Below are positions 20,053 to 32,973 of a stretch of 64,000 nt of DNA, in pieces; position 1 is the first letter of the stretch, and each line of letters begins with the position of its first letter. The notes beneath the pieces are model-generated. The model searched no databases. It had not been told where the DNA came from and was given only the letters and a program-made list of their open reading frames with translations. The stretch covers positions 283,227-347,226 of the forward strand of contig CAVNZM010000019.1 of NCBI GenBank assembly GCA_963693365.1, read 5' to 3'. The DNA comes from Amoebidium appalachense (lineage: Eukaryota > Protista > Ichthyosporea). The translations under genes and the position numbers were made by a program.

Positions 20053-21519
20053 CTACACCCCCTCGGGGAACGGCAGGTGCCTGTACGACTTGTCGCCCAT
20101 GTACTTCAGCTTCCGCCCGAGCGCCCACGGCATGTCGCACTGCGTGATGTGGAGCAGCCGTGTCATGAACCGGTCCCACTTCGAGTCCATCAGGAACCCG
20201 GCCGCACGGAGGAGCCAGTGGTTGTAGAGGACCAGGTCGCAGTCGCTGGAAAACACAAGCGGGCGGATGAGCCCGCTGGGGTCTGCGAGCACGACCAGGC
20301 GCACGTGCCTGAAGTTCACCATCTCGATGGTCGGGGGCATGTGGTAGACGAGCTCCCTGTCGCTGAACATGGGCGCCGTGACGGTCAGCGAGCGCAGGTT
20401 GACGGCCTGCGCGATGGCCGCCAGCGCGCGCGGGCTGTGGGGCACGTGCATGATCTCCAGCACATGGACGTCCTGCAGCGCCCAGTTGTGGGCGGGATGG
20501 AAGCACTCGAACTCGCGGGCGCCGGCCACAAGGAGCCGGTTGCCTGGGTAGTCACTGGCGCTGTCCCCGGTGGTGGTGATCTCGATGTCGCGCACCTCCT
20601 TGCCGATCTGGACGCTGGTGCACCCGCGCAGCGTGCCGCGGGCCTGTGAGCACAGCAGCTCGACACGGTGGGCGCGATTGATGGTGTCGAACACCACCAT
20701 GCCAAAGACGCACACGTGCACATTGCGCATGTTGACGCAGGACTCGATGTTGTGGATGTTGTGGATACCGGGAGCGGAGCCGCCGCTGCCGTAGCCGTAC
20801 TGGTGGCCGCACATGGAGCGGAAGCGGTAGTCCAGATGCAGTTTCACAAGGCCCGCAGGCACATGCAGCGCCGTGCTGGGGATGGCGTAGATGTTAGAGG
20901 GGTTCACACGCGTGCACAGGTGGACGTGCAGATGGGCCAGGTTTTCGAGCGCAGCGAGATCCATGACTACACCAGGTGTGGGCCTGGGAGTGGCAGAGAA
21001 GGCAAGGGTCAGACTCGTCAGGTTCTGGATAGCGCGGCCCAGCAAGGCGAAGGGGGCGACAAGGGGGGTGCGGCACTTGAAGGAGTTGACCTCTGCGACC
21101 TTGAGGTTGGGAAACAGGTCTGGGTAGATGGGCTCCGTGCTGGTGTAGCGGTGGTTATGGGCAGCCTTTGCATGGTGGTTGGCCAGGTCCCGGTACTCAT
21201 CAAGAACCATGTGGAGAACGAAGCGCATGGGCGGAAGCTCGGCAAGGCGCTTGTAGTCAGCAGTGGTGGCAAGGACGTGGGTGGCACGGACGCGCGTGGC
21301 AAACTCGATTGACTTCGGACCCTTGGACAGGTCGACGCGCATGTGGCTGTTCGGGCGCGCCAGCTCTGCCTCGTGTACGTGGCGAAGCGCTCGGCAGGTG
21401 AGCGCAATGCTGCGACGTGAGCGTGCATCCAGGAAGGAGCAGATGTACAGAAGCAGGTAGTGGTTGCCCAAGACCAGCTGTTGCGCGCTGGGAGAAAGGG
21501 TGGACTGATCGGCGCCCAT
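20053..21519 (-). CDS. F-box-like protein (488 aa) with MGxxxS N-terminus
   Basis: MGADQS...VLGNHYLLLYICSFLDARSRRSIALTCRALRHV is an F-box-like pattern. It is followed by LRR-like segments (FPNLKVAEV, IQNLTSLTL, LENLAHLHV, AVNLRSLTV). Confidence 0.75.
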   Translation of the reverse strand: MGADQSTLSPSAQQLVLGNHYLLLYICSFLDARSRRSIALTCRALRHVHEAELARPNSHMRVDLSKGPKSIEFATRVRATHVLATTADYKRLAELPPMRFVLHMVLDEYRDLANHHAKAAHNHRYTSTEPIYPDLFPNLKVAEVNSFKCRTPLVAPFALLGRAIQNLTSLTLAFSATPRPTPGVVMDLAALENLAHLHVHLCTRVNPSNIYAIPSTALHVPAGLVKLHLDYRFRSMCGHQYGYGSGGSAPGIHNIHNIESCVNMRNVHVCVFGMVVFDTINRAHRVELLCSQARGTLRGCTSVQIGKEVRDIEITTTGDSASDYPGNRLLVAGAREFECFHPAHNWALQDVHVLEIMHVPHSPRALAAIAQAVNLRSLTVTAPMFSDRELVYHMPPTIEMVNFRHVRLVVLADPSGLIRPLVFSSDCDLVLYNHWLLRAAGFLMDSKWDRFMTRLLHITQCDMPWALGRKLKYMGDKSYRHLPFPEGV

Positions 21520-22280
21520 TGTGATGAACGCGCGGAGTCGTATGGAGAGTGAAGTTTGAAAGCTGTGCTGTGGTATACCCCTCCCTGAGAGCCACCCCAC
21601 CAATAGCGCGCTGACCAATCAGACGCGCCGACCAATCAGACGCGTTGACCAATCAGACGCATTGACCAATCAGACGTTTGGAGTGCCGACCAATCAGCGT
21701 GATGTCCAATCGGATAGAGGGTCTTGTATTCCTGTGGAAGATGACCGAAGGATCTGTAGCCAAGGCATGCAGCGTCTGATTGGCTCAGTTACAGCAATTG
21801 TGTTATTTTAAAATTGACTGGTTATGATACAGTATTGATGTGATGTGAACGCCAATTTGAAAACAAAACCGAAATATTAATTTGAAAACAAAACAGAAAT
21901 ATTTAAACGCGATTTATAAGAACATTTTTGCCATTGTTTTCCTATTGAACAGGTTGTTGTTTTAGTTTCTACTCAGAGTTCGGAAAAGCGACTCGCGGTC
22001 AGGGTTATAACCGAATTGGGATCCCTGAAACAAAAACCCTATATACAATAGGATGTCTGTTTCGTTAAATCAAGTTGACGGAGTTCCTCCCATTCTTGTG
22101 GCTTTCACAACATTTACTTCTTCTATAGCTTATTCATTTCGTTTCATTTCGGTTGCAATTTTATTGCGCCGAAGGACACTTTCGCACCCTGGCAAAGCCA
22201 CTGGACCAATCAAATTGGCTATAGGACCCATATAACACCATCACTGCTTCGGATGCTGCCAGTCTTGCAAACCTGCAGCT

Positions 22281-23297
22281 ATGAACCACAAGCCAAACGT
22301 TAACCTGTGGCGCCTGCGCGACAAGCTCTTCCAAGCGACAACACCGGCCAGCGAGGCAGCGCTCATGGGCGTTCCCGTCTTCGGCGAATTCGACATGCAC
22401 TCGCCCCCAGCCAACATGCACTCGTTCCCCGCCAACACAAAACCTGCACGCGCAATACCGCCCAAAGACGACTGCGTGCATGCACAGCCTTCCCAACCCC
22501 CTTTTGCAGCTGTGCACGCACCGCCCCTGTGCAGCAAGGACGTGCGAGTGTACCCGTTGCAGACAACATGGCCACCACCACCGGGCAAGATTCCGCTACG
22601 CAGGATTCTCCCGTGCAAGACTTCGGGTGCCGCGGCCAGCGACGTGGTACAAAAGCAACGGGATGCATTTTATTGGAAGGCAGGGGCGAATCCAAAAAGA
22701 TGTGGGCGCCACTTCCGCCAAAACAAGATGGGGGCCTCCAAAAAACTCCCGTCCCTGCGCCTACCAGTGGCAGTCAACCCCGAACCCAATGCGCCCTGGC
22801 GACCACTCTCTTTTCCGGATTTGGACACGGAAGAGACCACAGAGGCAGCGGATAAGGAGAAAGCAGCAGCGCCCCCAAGCAGCCAGGTGTGCGAAGCAGC
22901 AGCGCCCCCAAGCAGCCAGGTGTGCGAAGCAGCACGCGAGCCGCTCGTGTCCGAGGACCACAGGTCCGTCGACGTCGACGACCAGGTGGCGTTCACGGAG
23001 CAGGTGGTAGCCACAAGCAGCCCCCAGTCGGAGACAGCGGGAGAGCAGTGCGAGATCTGGGTGTCTGTCGATCGATCTCCGCACCCCCCATACATCTACT
23101 ACAACGTGAAGCATGTCATAGTGCAAGTAACAAACAAGGGTTCTAAAATACACATCGCATCCGACGAGGCCACCTCCAAGCAGCTGTGGCAACTGCAATT
23201 TAAGGACAACGAGAAACCTTTGCGTGTAGTCATAGGAGGCAATGGAGAAAACACCGTTGCGGTGAATGAGGTGTGGGTGTGCATTCGACCAGGATAG
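22281..23297 (+). CDS. Hypothetical protein, 338 aa (copy B)
   Basis: Homolog of 10849-11832. Confidence 0.65.
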   Translation: MNHKPNVNLWRLRDKLFQATTPASEAALMGVPVFGEFDMHSPPANMHSFPANTKPARAIPPKDDCVHAQPSQPPFAAVHAPPLCSKDVRVYPLQTTWPPPPGKIPLRRILPCKTSGAAASDVVQKQRDAFYWKAGANPKRCGRHFRQNKMGASKKLPSLRLPVAVNPEPNAPWRPLSFPDLDTEETTEAADKEKAAAPPSSQVCEAAAPPSSQVCEAAREPLVSEDHRSVDVDDQVAFTEQVVATSSPQSETAGEQCEIWVSVDRSPHPPYIYYNVKHVIVQVTNKGSKIHIASDEATSKQLWQLQFKDNEKPLRVVIGGNGENTVAVNEVWVCIRPG

Positions 23298-23678
23298 TGG
23301 TGTGGGGTGTTTGCTGGGTGGGTGAGTGTGTATGGGAGAGAGGAATGCTATACCCATAGACAAATATAGACAGGGCAGTGTGTACAAGTACCACAATGTG
23401 ATATGCTATGATATGCCCCAACCCATACATGTGCAAATGTGCAAACCAGCGCAAATATCCCATCGTTTGTTTCTTACGATGTCTTCTCATAAGCACGATT
23501 TGGTGCAAACATCATCTATGTATCTGAACCCTAACATGTAAGCGAGACTTAACGACAGCAAGAGTGAATAAACACAAAAGTCAATACATAACCACACTTG
23601 GACGTATCTGAAACATGCATGTGCGTATGCGTGTGTGGTGTGTGTGTGGTGTGTGGTGTGTGGGGGGGTGGGTTGTGT

Positions 23679-23709
<31 letters not shown>

Positions 23710-23885
23710 GTGTGCATGTGTGTGGTGTGTGTGTGTGGTGTGTGTGGTGTGTGTGTGTGGTGTGTGTGTGTGGTGTGTGTGGTGTGTGTGTGTGGTGTGT
23801 GTGTGTGGTGTGTGTGGTGTGTGTGTGTGGTGTGTGTGTGGTGTGTGTGCCTGTGTGTGTGTACAGATGTACAGATGCCAAGTCT

Positions 23886-25064
23886 TCACGATTTATTTTG
23901 CGGGGTGCCCGGGGTGGCCGGCACCCACACATTTTGCCACCCAGAGGGGAAAAGCATCCACAACCACTCACCCTGGGGGGAGTTGGGATCTTCAACTTCT
24001 AAATTCTTGCATACAGTATCTTTAACAGGCGGTGTGAGCGGGCTTGGGGATGGGTATGGGCTTGGTGGAAGAGATGTGCATGGTGGGGGTTGGGGAGAGA
24101 AATGGGTGTTTGTGTGGGCTTGTGGGGCAGGAACAAGTCTTCGGGGGGCCAAACCCGGTCGCAGCTGTCGTCTACGGCCAACAAGCCTCCTCGCGCAGCC
24201 GTCCACACCATGCTGATGCTGCAGGACGAGTGTGTGGCAGTCGGCACACACGAGCACGGTGGCAGGGCGTGCAAAGACGTGCACGCAGTGTGGACAAGGA
24301 CAGGAATGGAAGCGGAGGGGGAGGTCGGCGGCCACGTAGGCCTGGGGTGTGCCGGGCGAAGCTGGGCGGCGGCGGCAGCTGCACAAGGGGCAGTATTCGA
24401 GGGCGGGGGTGTACATGTCAGTGACAAGGTGGCGCAGGCGACCCGCACACATGTGAGCGAGAAAGGCCTCCGCATTGCGGTAGTGTGTGCATGCACAGAC
24501 GGGGGAGGCACATTCGGGCACGGGAGCGGGGAAGCCAACGTGCCACATGGCACATGCAGGGTTGTGCGGGGCCATGCGGTGGGCGGTGGGGAGGGGGTCT
24601 GGGATGTCGGGTATGCACGTGCATGGGACGGGTATGGTGGTCAGCAGGGAGTAGACGGCATTCCAAGCCCGCCGACGCTGTGTGTTGATATAGTTGTGGG
24701 TGCGACGGGCGATGCGGAAGGCACAGTGGGTGCCGCTACGGCATGTGTCGCAGCAGCCGGGGAGGCCGGGCATGGGAGAAGAGTGAGTCGACAGCGAGGT
24801 GAAGCACGAACTACACAGACGGGGAACACTTGTTGCCGCAAGGGTCAGGCAGTGGTCGCAGCCACAAACAAAATGGGTGATGGCGGGGAAGTGTTTTGCC
24901 TTCGTCTTGAGATGTGGGGTGTTGTGGTAACCGCAGACGGCACACGCGTCGGAGGAGCCGTCACAGACGCGAAGGTCTGTGCAACGAGTGCATTCACACC
25001 CTTCAACGGGCTTTGGGGGTGAAGGGAGGGGAGGGGGGAGTGGGTGGGGGAGTGGGGGGTTCAT
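23886..25064 (-). CDS. Cys/His-rich putative metal-binding protein (intact, 392 aa)
   Basis: Open from MNPPLP to stop. Repeated CxCxxC, CxxC and CxCxH motifs with Pro-rich ends. Confidence 0.65.
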   Translation of the reverse strand: MNPPLPHPLPPPLPSPPKPVEGCECTRCTDLRVCDGSSDACAVCGYHNTPHLKTKAKHFPAITHFVCGCDHCLTLAATSVPRLCSSCFTSLSTHSSPMPGLPGCCDTCRSGTHCAFRIARRTHNYINTQRRRAWNAVYSLLTTIPVPCTCIPDIPDPLPTAHRMAPHNPACAMWHVGFPAPVPECASPVCACTHYRNAEAFLAHMCAGRLRHLVTDMYTPALEYCPLCSCRRRPASPGTPQAYVAADLPLRFHSCPCPHCVHVFARPATVLVCADCHTLVLQHQHGVDGCARRLVGRRRQLRPGLAPRRLVPAPQAHTNTHFSPQPPPCTSLPPSPYPSPSPLTPPVKDTVCKNLEVEDPNSPQGEWLWMLFPSGWQNVWVPATPGTPQNKS

Positions 25065-25545
25065 GTTTTGCAAGGGTGGGTGAAGAGAAATCGCTGTGAG
25101 CGAAAGGTGAAAAAACGAAACCGATTGAGGTGAGAGTTGATGTCCATGTGACACTGTTTGCCTGTCACACAATCTTCAATTAAAAAATGTCATTGCATCA
25201 TGGAAATCTCCCACAAGCGACAAAAACAGTGGGGTTTATTGAAACAATATTTACAGGGCAATCCGCGCCACGGAATGCGATTTAATCAGACAAGATCGAT
25301 AAACCCCCCTTCCCCTCAGCGATCAAAGGGTGATTATCAGATGTCAAACGATCTGATTGGTCAGCTTTATATCACGTGACATGATAAGATTATTACACAT
25401 TTGATAAGTAGGCATGGGCCATCGGGCCTGTCAAATACAAACAAGGTTGCAAAAGCTCACGCGCGAGACAACGCGCAATGTTTAGCGGCTATTGTTGATG
25501 ATTATGTAGGTGTATATAAAGACTGAAATCCCAACAGAAGAGGCC

Positions 25546-25790
25546 ATGGCGCAAACACAAAATCATTCAAACCGGCTGCGCTTACGATGCCGAAGCTAAA
25601 CGGAGCAAAGCCCAAACCCACCAGTACAAGCGCACTCAAGCCAGCTAAAAAAAAGTATGTATCCCAGGACAAGTGCCCTAACAACTCCAAATCGTGCAAG
25701 CTTGCACGGCGCTGCCCCGTGTGCACAGGACTCGTGCGACGCATCCATCCGTACATGTCCGCCCAACCTAAAGACTCCGATCCATCCTGA
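25546..25790 (+). CDS. Small basic Cys protein (copy B, one repeat unit, frame broken near the start)
   Basis: Homolog of 8213-8524. Confidence 0.45.
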
Positions 25791-26695
25791 AGCACGCGCA
25801 CACTTCGTGTCCGGCCGGGGTGTCCTGGCGCTCCGGCATGGCATAGAAGAAGGACTTGGGCTCCAGGGGCAACTGGCGTATGCCGGCAAAGTCCTTCTCG
25901 AGGGAGCGACCCAGCTTCCTCAGGTCGCGCAGCTGGGGGTCCTTGTGGGTGCTGCTGGCTGGGACGCCGTGTGGATGGGGTACGTCAACATCCAGAGCCT
26001 CAAGGGCGCGCGAGAGAAACGTGTAGAGGTGCAACGTGTTGATGTCGAGCGCAGACGCTATCGAAACGCCCGTGTCTATATTGATGCGCTGGGCAAGCAC
26101 CTTGAAAACCAGCGCCTCGGCGTGCGGGGCGCAGATGTTGCGGGTCTTGAAGCGTGAAGTGACTTGCACATTGGCCACCTTTTCAAGGATGGTCACCAGG
26201 CTGTGGACGTCAAGCACGGATGTCGAGCTGAGTGTGGCCACCAGGAAACCGACAAAGGTAGCGCGAATGTGGCGGGTGGCATCCAGAGGGGTGGTGGAAG
26301 GGGGCGCGCCGCGGGTCTTCTCATAGAGCCGGGTTTCGTGCAAGTGCAGCTCCTTGTTGCGGGCGCTGTTAAACCATCCCAGAAAATCGAGGGCCAGGGG
26401 GGACTCGTACAAGACCTGGGTGGTCAGGTGAAGAAACGCAGCGGGCGAGACCAGCATGAAGTTGCCCTCCTTGTAGTAGTGCGGGGAACCCTGTAGGAAT
26501 CACCAAGTATCAGCATGGATTGAGTATGGCGGGGGTGGGTCCCCCTTAATCGGTTCCGAGAACACGGGGAAGAGATAGTCAAGGACACTGAGAAAGAACA
26601 TGCCCACGCAAAACGCCACCGTAGCCACGACCACTATGGTGCCCGGATCCACCATTTAGTAGGGGTGTCGATAAAGTGTCGGTGGAAGCTTCAAA

Positions 26696-26748
<53 letters not shown>

Positions 26749-26821
26749 AAGCCTGTTTTTTGTGTGTGTGTGTGTGTGTGTGGAAGCCTTGTGTGTGTGT
26801 GTGTGTGTGTGTGGAAGCCTT

Positions 26822-26852
<31 letters not shown>

Positions 26853-27629
26853 GCCTCCTACCGCTTCTGTGCCTGGTACATCACGGGCGTTTGCGATTTT
26901 GGCCTGATCGAGACGGTCGCGTATCTCATCGATGTCCCTGAAGCCGAGAAGCGCACAGATGCTACCAGCGTCGAGGTAGGAGAGCTGCTCTTTGCTAGCT
27001 GCAAAAGGGAGCGTGCAGCTGATGAACGGTACAAGGCACAACGGGCTAAGTCTGTCGAGCGCCTCGCCCAACATCTGTGAAACAGGCAGGGGTGCAAGAT
27101 GGCGCCTCCAATCACCAGCAGTGGCGAGGGCTTTGATTTCACCAGGTGGCTTTTTGGTCATTGAGATGTTAGCGCGCGAGCGCTTCCATTGTCTCGTATC
27201 GGAATCCTGGTTCTCGGCAGACCTGAGCCGGCCAAACCATGTTGTTGCTGGCGTGGTTGTGGTGGGTGGCAGCGTGGGGGCGTGAGAGGAGACCGCTTGC
27301 AGATGCAGACGTGCGGGAACAGGACGCGCCGGAGAGGGGGGGATTGTCTCGCCGCAGACCATGTCGAAGTCGAAGACGTGGTGCTGGCCGTGGCTCTTAG
27401 CCGTCGTCGGGGTGGGCGCATGGAGCATGGAGCCGTCACCTAGTTGGTTGTCAAAAGCAGCAAAATCGTCGGACGTCAGCGGAATGAAGTCGGTACTCTG
27501 TATGATGTCCAGGTCGGGTTGTGGGGTGGGTGGAAACGTGAAGGTGTTGAATACGGCCGGCTGGGAGACAGGCGCAGCGCCAGGAGCGCCGATTTCCATC
27601 GCGGTGTGCAGTGTCTGTGACATGTACAT
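25768..27629 (-). CDS. Spliced Bro-N-like protein, copy B (exons 27629-26862, 26490-25768)
   Basis: Same splice sites and exon lengths (768 and 723 nt) as copy A. Confidence 0.7.
26500..26655 (-). CDS. Intron-nested PPxY membrane micro-protein, copy B
   Basis: Same 156-nt ORF as 7348-7503. Confidence 0.55.
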   Translation of the reverse strand: MVDPGTIVVVATVAFCVGMFFLSVLDYLFPVFSEPIKGDPPPPYSIHADTW

Positions 27630-28496
27630 TTTGTATGTGTCACCTGAGTGTCTGTGGTTGTAGAATGATGGCAGAGGCCTACGAGATGTTGACTTAAATA
27701 GCTGGCTGCGCCACCTGGTGAGCCAATTGAGAACATGTTTTTTTATTGGTTATTGAATGACCAATCGAAACAACCGGTGATACAATTGGATGCTGCATTT
27801 GTTCCTGGAGTGCACGCGATTGGCAGTAACGCTTGATTGGCTTTTTGGTGATCTCAGTATTGGGAGTGAGTGCAAAAGGACTGAAGCCATTTCGGAGCCC
27901 TTGACTGCCTAAATGTTTACAAATATACCATGAACTCTTTGGCGCAGCAATCCATTTTCTCTCTCGCGATTTTGCTTGAATTAAATCGTGTTTTACGCAT
28001 CTACGCATCTATCCCCCCACCAAATAACGGCTTCCAAGAGAACATTTGGAAATCCAGGTTAGGCCAATCAAATTCTACCGAAAACCGATTGGATGAAGTC
28101 TCAGCCCCAAGAGAACAATTTGCATATTGATGAACCCATGATGGAAAGTCTCACGCTTATGCACCCACCATGAAAAATACAATTCAAGATTTTTTGCATT
28201 TATTGTAATTACAATTGAGAGCTTATGTTGCACAGGTTATTCCCACGTACAGCGCAGAACTACATGATGCAGATGGCCCATCATCCCCAGCGCCAACCAA
28301 GTCTATTTAAGTAAGCGGATGACGTCAAAATGACGTCAACGCATATGATGACATATCTACTCTGATAACAAAGAACACCCGCCGGCAGGCGCGCTGGCGC
28401 TGCGCTCTAGCGCTGCACAGCCTGACACAATTCCGAGCACCCACACACACACACACAACTCAATTCTAATTTATAATAGCGCTATCATCGGTAAGT

Positions 28497-28532
<36 letters not shown>

Positions 28533-28769
28533 GTTTTGTGTTGTGTGTGTGTGTGTGTGTGTTGGGTGTGTGTGTGTGTGTGTGTGTGTGTGTACCGAGT
28601 TGCGTCATCACTTTTGGTTTTTGGTCAGGGTTAGCCATGACATCATTGTGTAGCGGGACTTTTTTAATTGGGTCTGGTTGCACCGAGTTGTGTCATCACT
28701 TTTGGTTTTTGGTCAGGGTTACACTAACGCAACACAGCCTGACACAACCGCGCCACCAGCGCTACACAA

Positions 28770-28838
<69 letters not shown>

Positions 28839-28937
28839 GAAAGCTACACTACTACGAAGCTACGAAAGCTACGCTACACACAACTCTAGCGCTATACACT
28901 AACACCCCCAATCAACCAGCGCTACACAACTCTCATA

Positions 28938-30722
28938 TCACTCACTATCACTGTCCGCAATCACCACAACATCAACGGGGCCCTCGGGCTTCTGCAGGCG
29001 GGCGACCTTGCGCTTCCGCCCCAGCCGCCCGCGCTGCACATACACGTCCAGCTGGGTCTGCCCCTTGAGCTGCTCGCCGCGCTCGACCAGGGGCTCGTTG
29101 AGGCTGACGGTGCGCCCGAGCTCCAGCGGCTCGATGTCGGGGAACTTGTCCTGGATGGCCTCCAGCCACGACGCCAGCTCGACGTGCACCTCGTGCTCGG
29201 CAGCGCCCGTGTCCGCGTTGTTGATGGTCGACTGGCGCAGCACCGGCGCCTTGCAGTACTCGACGTACCAGCGCGTGTAGTTGTAGACAAAGGTGTACAG
29301 CTGCTGCGTGGTCATGTCGGTCGAGTACTTGGGCTCCTCGCCGGTCCACAGCCGGATGCGCTCCTTCATGGCCTTCTGCAGCCCGGTGGTGGCGATGATG
29401 TTGGAAATCTCCCCCGACTGGAACACAAAGCACACGCCCGTGGTGGCCATGATCATGCCCGTGTACGTGCTGGCGCAGCGCACGCCTTCGCCGTACAGCG
29501 TGTCCACGCACACATACGCGAACGCGCGCGTCAGGCGCTTGAACTTATGGTTGTCCGTGTACGTGCCGCCGGTTGTGAGAGGCATGCGGGTCGGGAGGGT
29601 GAGTGGTTCGAGCTTCACGCGGGCGAGAGCGGCAGCGAGGGTGGCGAGTGCCTCGGCCTGGGCGGCCTCCGCGGCCTCCTTGGCCAACTCGGCAGCCGTC
29701 TTGTCGCCCATGGCCTGGTCGCGCTCGGCGGCAGCAGCTCGGCCGCGTTTGCTTCGGCCGCAGCAAGGGTGGCGCGCAGGGCAGAAACGGCCTCGTCCTT
29801 GCGGTTGGCAGCCAGACGGGCAAAGGCATTCTTGACTCCAAGGACCCAGACTCGGACTGTGTTGCCGATCAGGGTTTTAGAGATGCCAGAGCAGCAACAA
29901 GGAAGCCATCGGCAGTCAGCAGGTGATCCATACCAGGACGACCTCCAGTGCTCTGCATTTGTGGTCGTTTAGTTAGGTGTCGAGCAGCAAGAGAACTTTC
30001 CCGCTCGGGAGCGTGAAAGTGATGACGTCACTTCACCAATCAAAACTTTTCAGTACAAAGCTGAAAAGTGATGACGTCACCTCACCAATCAAAACTTTTC
30101 AGCTACAAAGCTGAAAAGTGATGACATCACAAGGCCAATCAAAACTCAAGCTGTCACGCGATTACCGGCAAGACACCAGTGACGTAATTTTGACGACAAG
30201 ACTTTTGAGTTATGGTAGAGACTAAAGTGATGACGCAAAAATGACCGCTCGAAATGACTTTTCAGACCCTGAGGCTGAGAAGTGATGACATCACATTATA
30301 CCACCTAAGCCAAGCAAAAAAAAAGTTTTTTGATTGGATGGCTTCCATGAATTGATGTCATCTATGGCAAACTGGTTATGTCATAGCAACGCATAAACAC
30401 AAAAATACACATTACATACCTCCATCTCAACAACACTGTAGCTTCCAGCGGGGACAAAGCCAGGAGAACCTTTCTGCCCCCTGAACATAGCTCTCACAAA
30501 CTCGTTGTAGTTGCCGTACCCCAGCAGCCGGAACACAGCGCGCCCGGAGATGGTCTCGGTGGTGTCCAGCAGGAACGGGTCGAGGAAGCGCAGCACCTTG
30601 ACCACCACGTCGTCGCCCACGGTGCCCAGCAGGCGCTCGAGCTCGGGGGAGATGGGAGGGAAGCCGGCCTCTTTGGCACCGGCAATGTTGAGGCGCTCGT
30701 AGATGGCGTAGGTGGAAGCCAT
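28938..30722 (-). CDS. Spliced AntA/MSV199-like protein, copy B (exons 30722-30420, 29952-28938; small indels at ~29740 and ~29880)
   Basis: Homolog of 3552-5345 with a GTATGT donor. The indels may be consensus errors. Confidence 0.65.
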
Positions 30723-31129
30723 GGTCGCTGGTGGAAGAGTTGGCGCTTTGGGTTTGGGGGTTGAGTGCTGTGTGTGTACCGTAAAGGTGCTGGCTGTCCA
30801 GCGCTTGCTGTGTTTATATAGGGAGGCGTCCGGCGCTTCATTGGTTGTACGCTTCATTGGTTGTAGGAGGAGAGGAATGGAATCCAGCATTCGATTGGAG
30901 AGGATTGCAAGAGAATACTGGTCCCAGATGATTGGGTCGATTTGTTCGGCGCTACGTGCACTTTTTACACATATGCTGCATGCCATTCCCCTGACCAATC
31001 GAATGCTGCATTCCACCCCCCCCCCAATGAAGCGCTGCTTTACGGTGCTCACACACCCGTCACAACCCCAATTAACTCCAAAGTGCCAACTTTTCAATTC
31101 TAATTTATAATAGCGCTATCATCGGTAAG

Positions 31130-31230
<101 letters not shown>

Positions 31231-31821
31231 GTGTGTGTAACCCCCCCCCACCCCCATCCAACCCCCCCCACCAAAAAAAATTAAAAAAATAATAATAAAA
31301 AAAAAAAAAAAAAGAAAAAAAAAAAAAAAAAAAATAAAAAATATTAAAAAATATTAAAAAGGGGGGGTAGGAGTCGGTTTCCCCCTCCCTCAATCCGCCC
31401 ACCCGCAACTTCCCTCAACGAAAACCAGGAACCCAACCCCCCCCCCCCCCACCCCCCCCCGGCCCGAGGAAACTCAAACCGCCCATACCCCCACACACCA
31501 CACACCATCACCTACAATACGTATTTACATATCATCTTGTAATTAGGATCTATATAAATATATAAAAAAAAAAAAAAACAATAAAAATAAAAAAAAATAG
31601 AAGAACCCCCCAACTCACCACAAACCGCGCACCCGAAAAAAACCCCCGCAGTGAGAGAAGCGGTAGGGCACACACCCCCACAACACCACACCCCACAAAC
31701 CCCGCGCCCACATATATAGTCCCTATCCCCCAATCAGCAGACACCCAACTTACGCCCCACCCAACGCACCCACCCCCCCCAACAGCCCTCTCCCCCCACC
31801 CGCGCACACACATGCACACAC

Positions 31822-31917
<96 letters not shown>

Positions 31918-32051
31918 ACACACACACACACACACCCACACACACACACACACACACCACACACACACACCCCCACCAAAAAATAAACCCGCCCGCCCCC
32001 CCCGCCCCGGCCCACAGCCCAGGGGGCGAGAGGGGGAGAGAAGGGGGAGGG

Positions 32052-32776
32052 ATGGCAAGTCTGATGGCTGTACGCATGAAACGAACACCCCCCGACCGGA
32101 CGGTCGGAGATGACCACCTCCTGACGTCCAAGGGGCGGGCACTTCATCCTCCAGCACCCACGGGGACAGTCCGTGACTGGGCCTTGAGTCGCTGAGGCCT
32201 CGCCCGTCTGTCCGCAGCCCACAGGAGGCGGGTGCCGCATTGGATGCATCAATCGCGCGCAAGGCGCGCGCCCAAGAGGGAGGGCGCCGGAGAAGGTCGA
32301 GAGTGGTACACGGAGAGGGAGCTCCTGGACCTGCCAACGAGCGCCTGCCATCCACGAGGGTGACAACGAGCACCCCCAGCGCATCGTGTCCCTGCGCCCC
32401 GGCACCTCGCCCAACAGCCGCTGCATGGAGAGGACTACGGCGCGAGCGGCGGCAAGGTGTTCCACGACGCTGCCGTGCTTCTGGGCGCCGCCACGAGGGG
32501 TCGAGCACCTGACGACCCCGCCTACTGGAACTGGCTCATCAAGGCACATGAACGAGCCCCCGACCAGGCGTGTACCGCCGCACATCAACGTGTACACGCG
32601 CCGCAAGGCTGCCACACCTTCCACGGCGTGCCCAAGGTCACCCACCGACCACAACCAGCTCTATGCCGTGCTGTGGCGCGATGGGCGTCTGCCTGGTGCA
32701 GAAGGGAGCTGGAGTTGTGTTTGGTGACCAGCTGGACAAGTACGCACAGACCACCCTGGACAAGTTTATGGCCTAA
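32052..32776 (+). pseudogene. Frameshifted, divergent AntA-like paralog (exon-2 equivalent)
   Basis: DDHLLTSKG near the start (compare DHLLTADG) and GC3-rich codons. It ends GDQLDKYAQTTLDKFMA (compare GEQLKGQTQLDVYV). The region is noisy. Confidence 0.4.
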
Positions 32777-32913
32777 ATGACGGGCAGTTGAAGTATGATA
32801 ATTTAGTGTGGTGTAGGAGAAAAGAGGTGTTTCAAGACAGGCGAGGCAGAAACAAGAAAATAAATGAGCGCTGAGCGTGTAAGTGGTGTGGTCTGATGTG
32901 GTGACCTGAACTG

Positions 32914-32973
<60 letters not shown>

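Noticed and set aside
29735-29885. Programmed frameshifting or true pseudogenisation in copy B/C genes
   Set aside because: Single-base indels differ among copies and often lie in homopolymers, so they cannot be distinguished from sequencing error.
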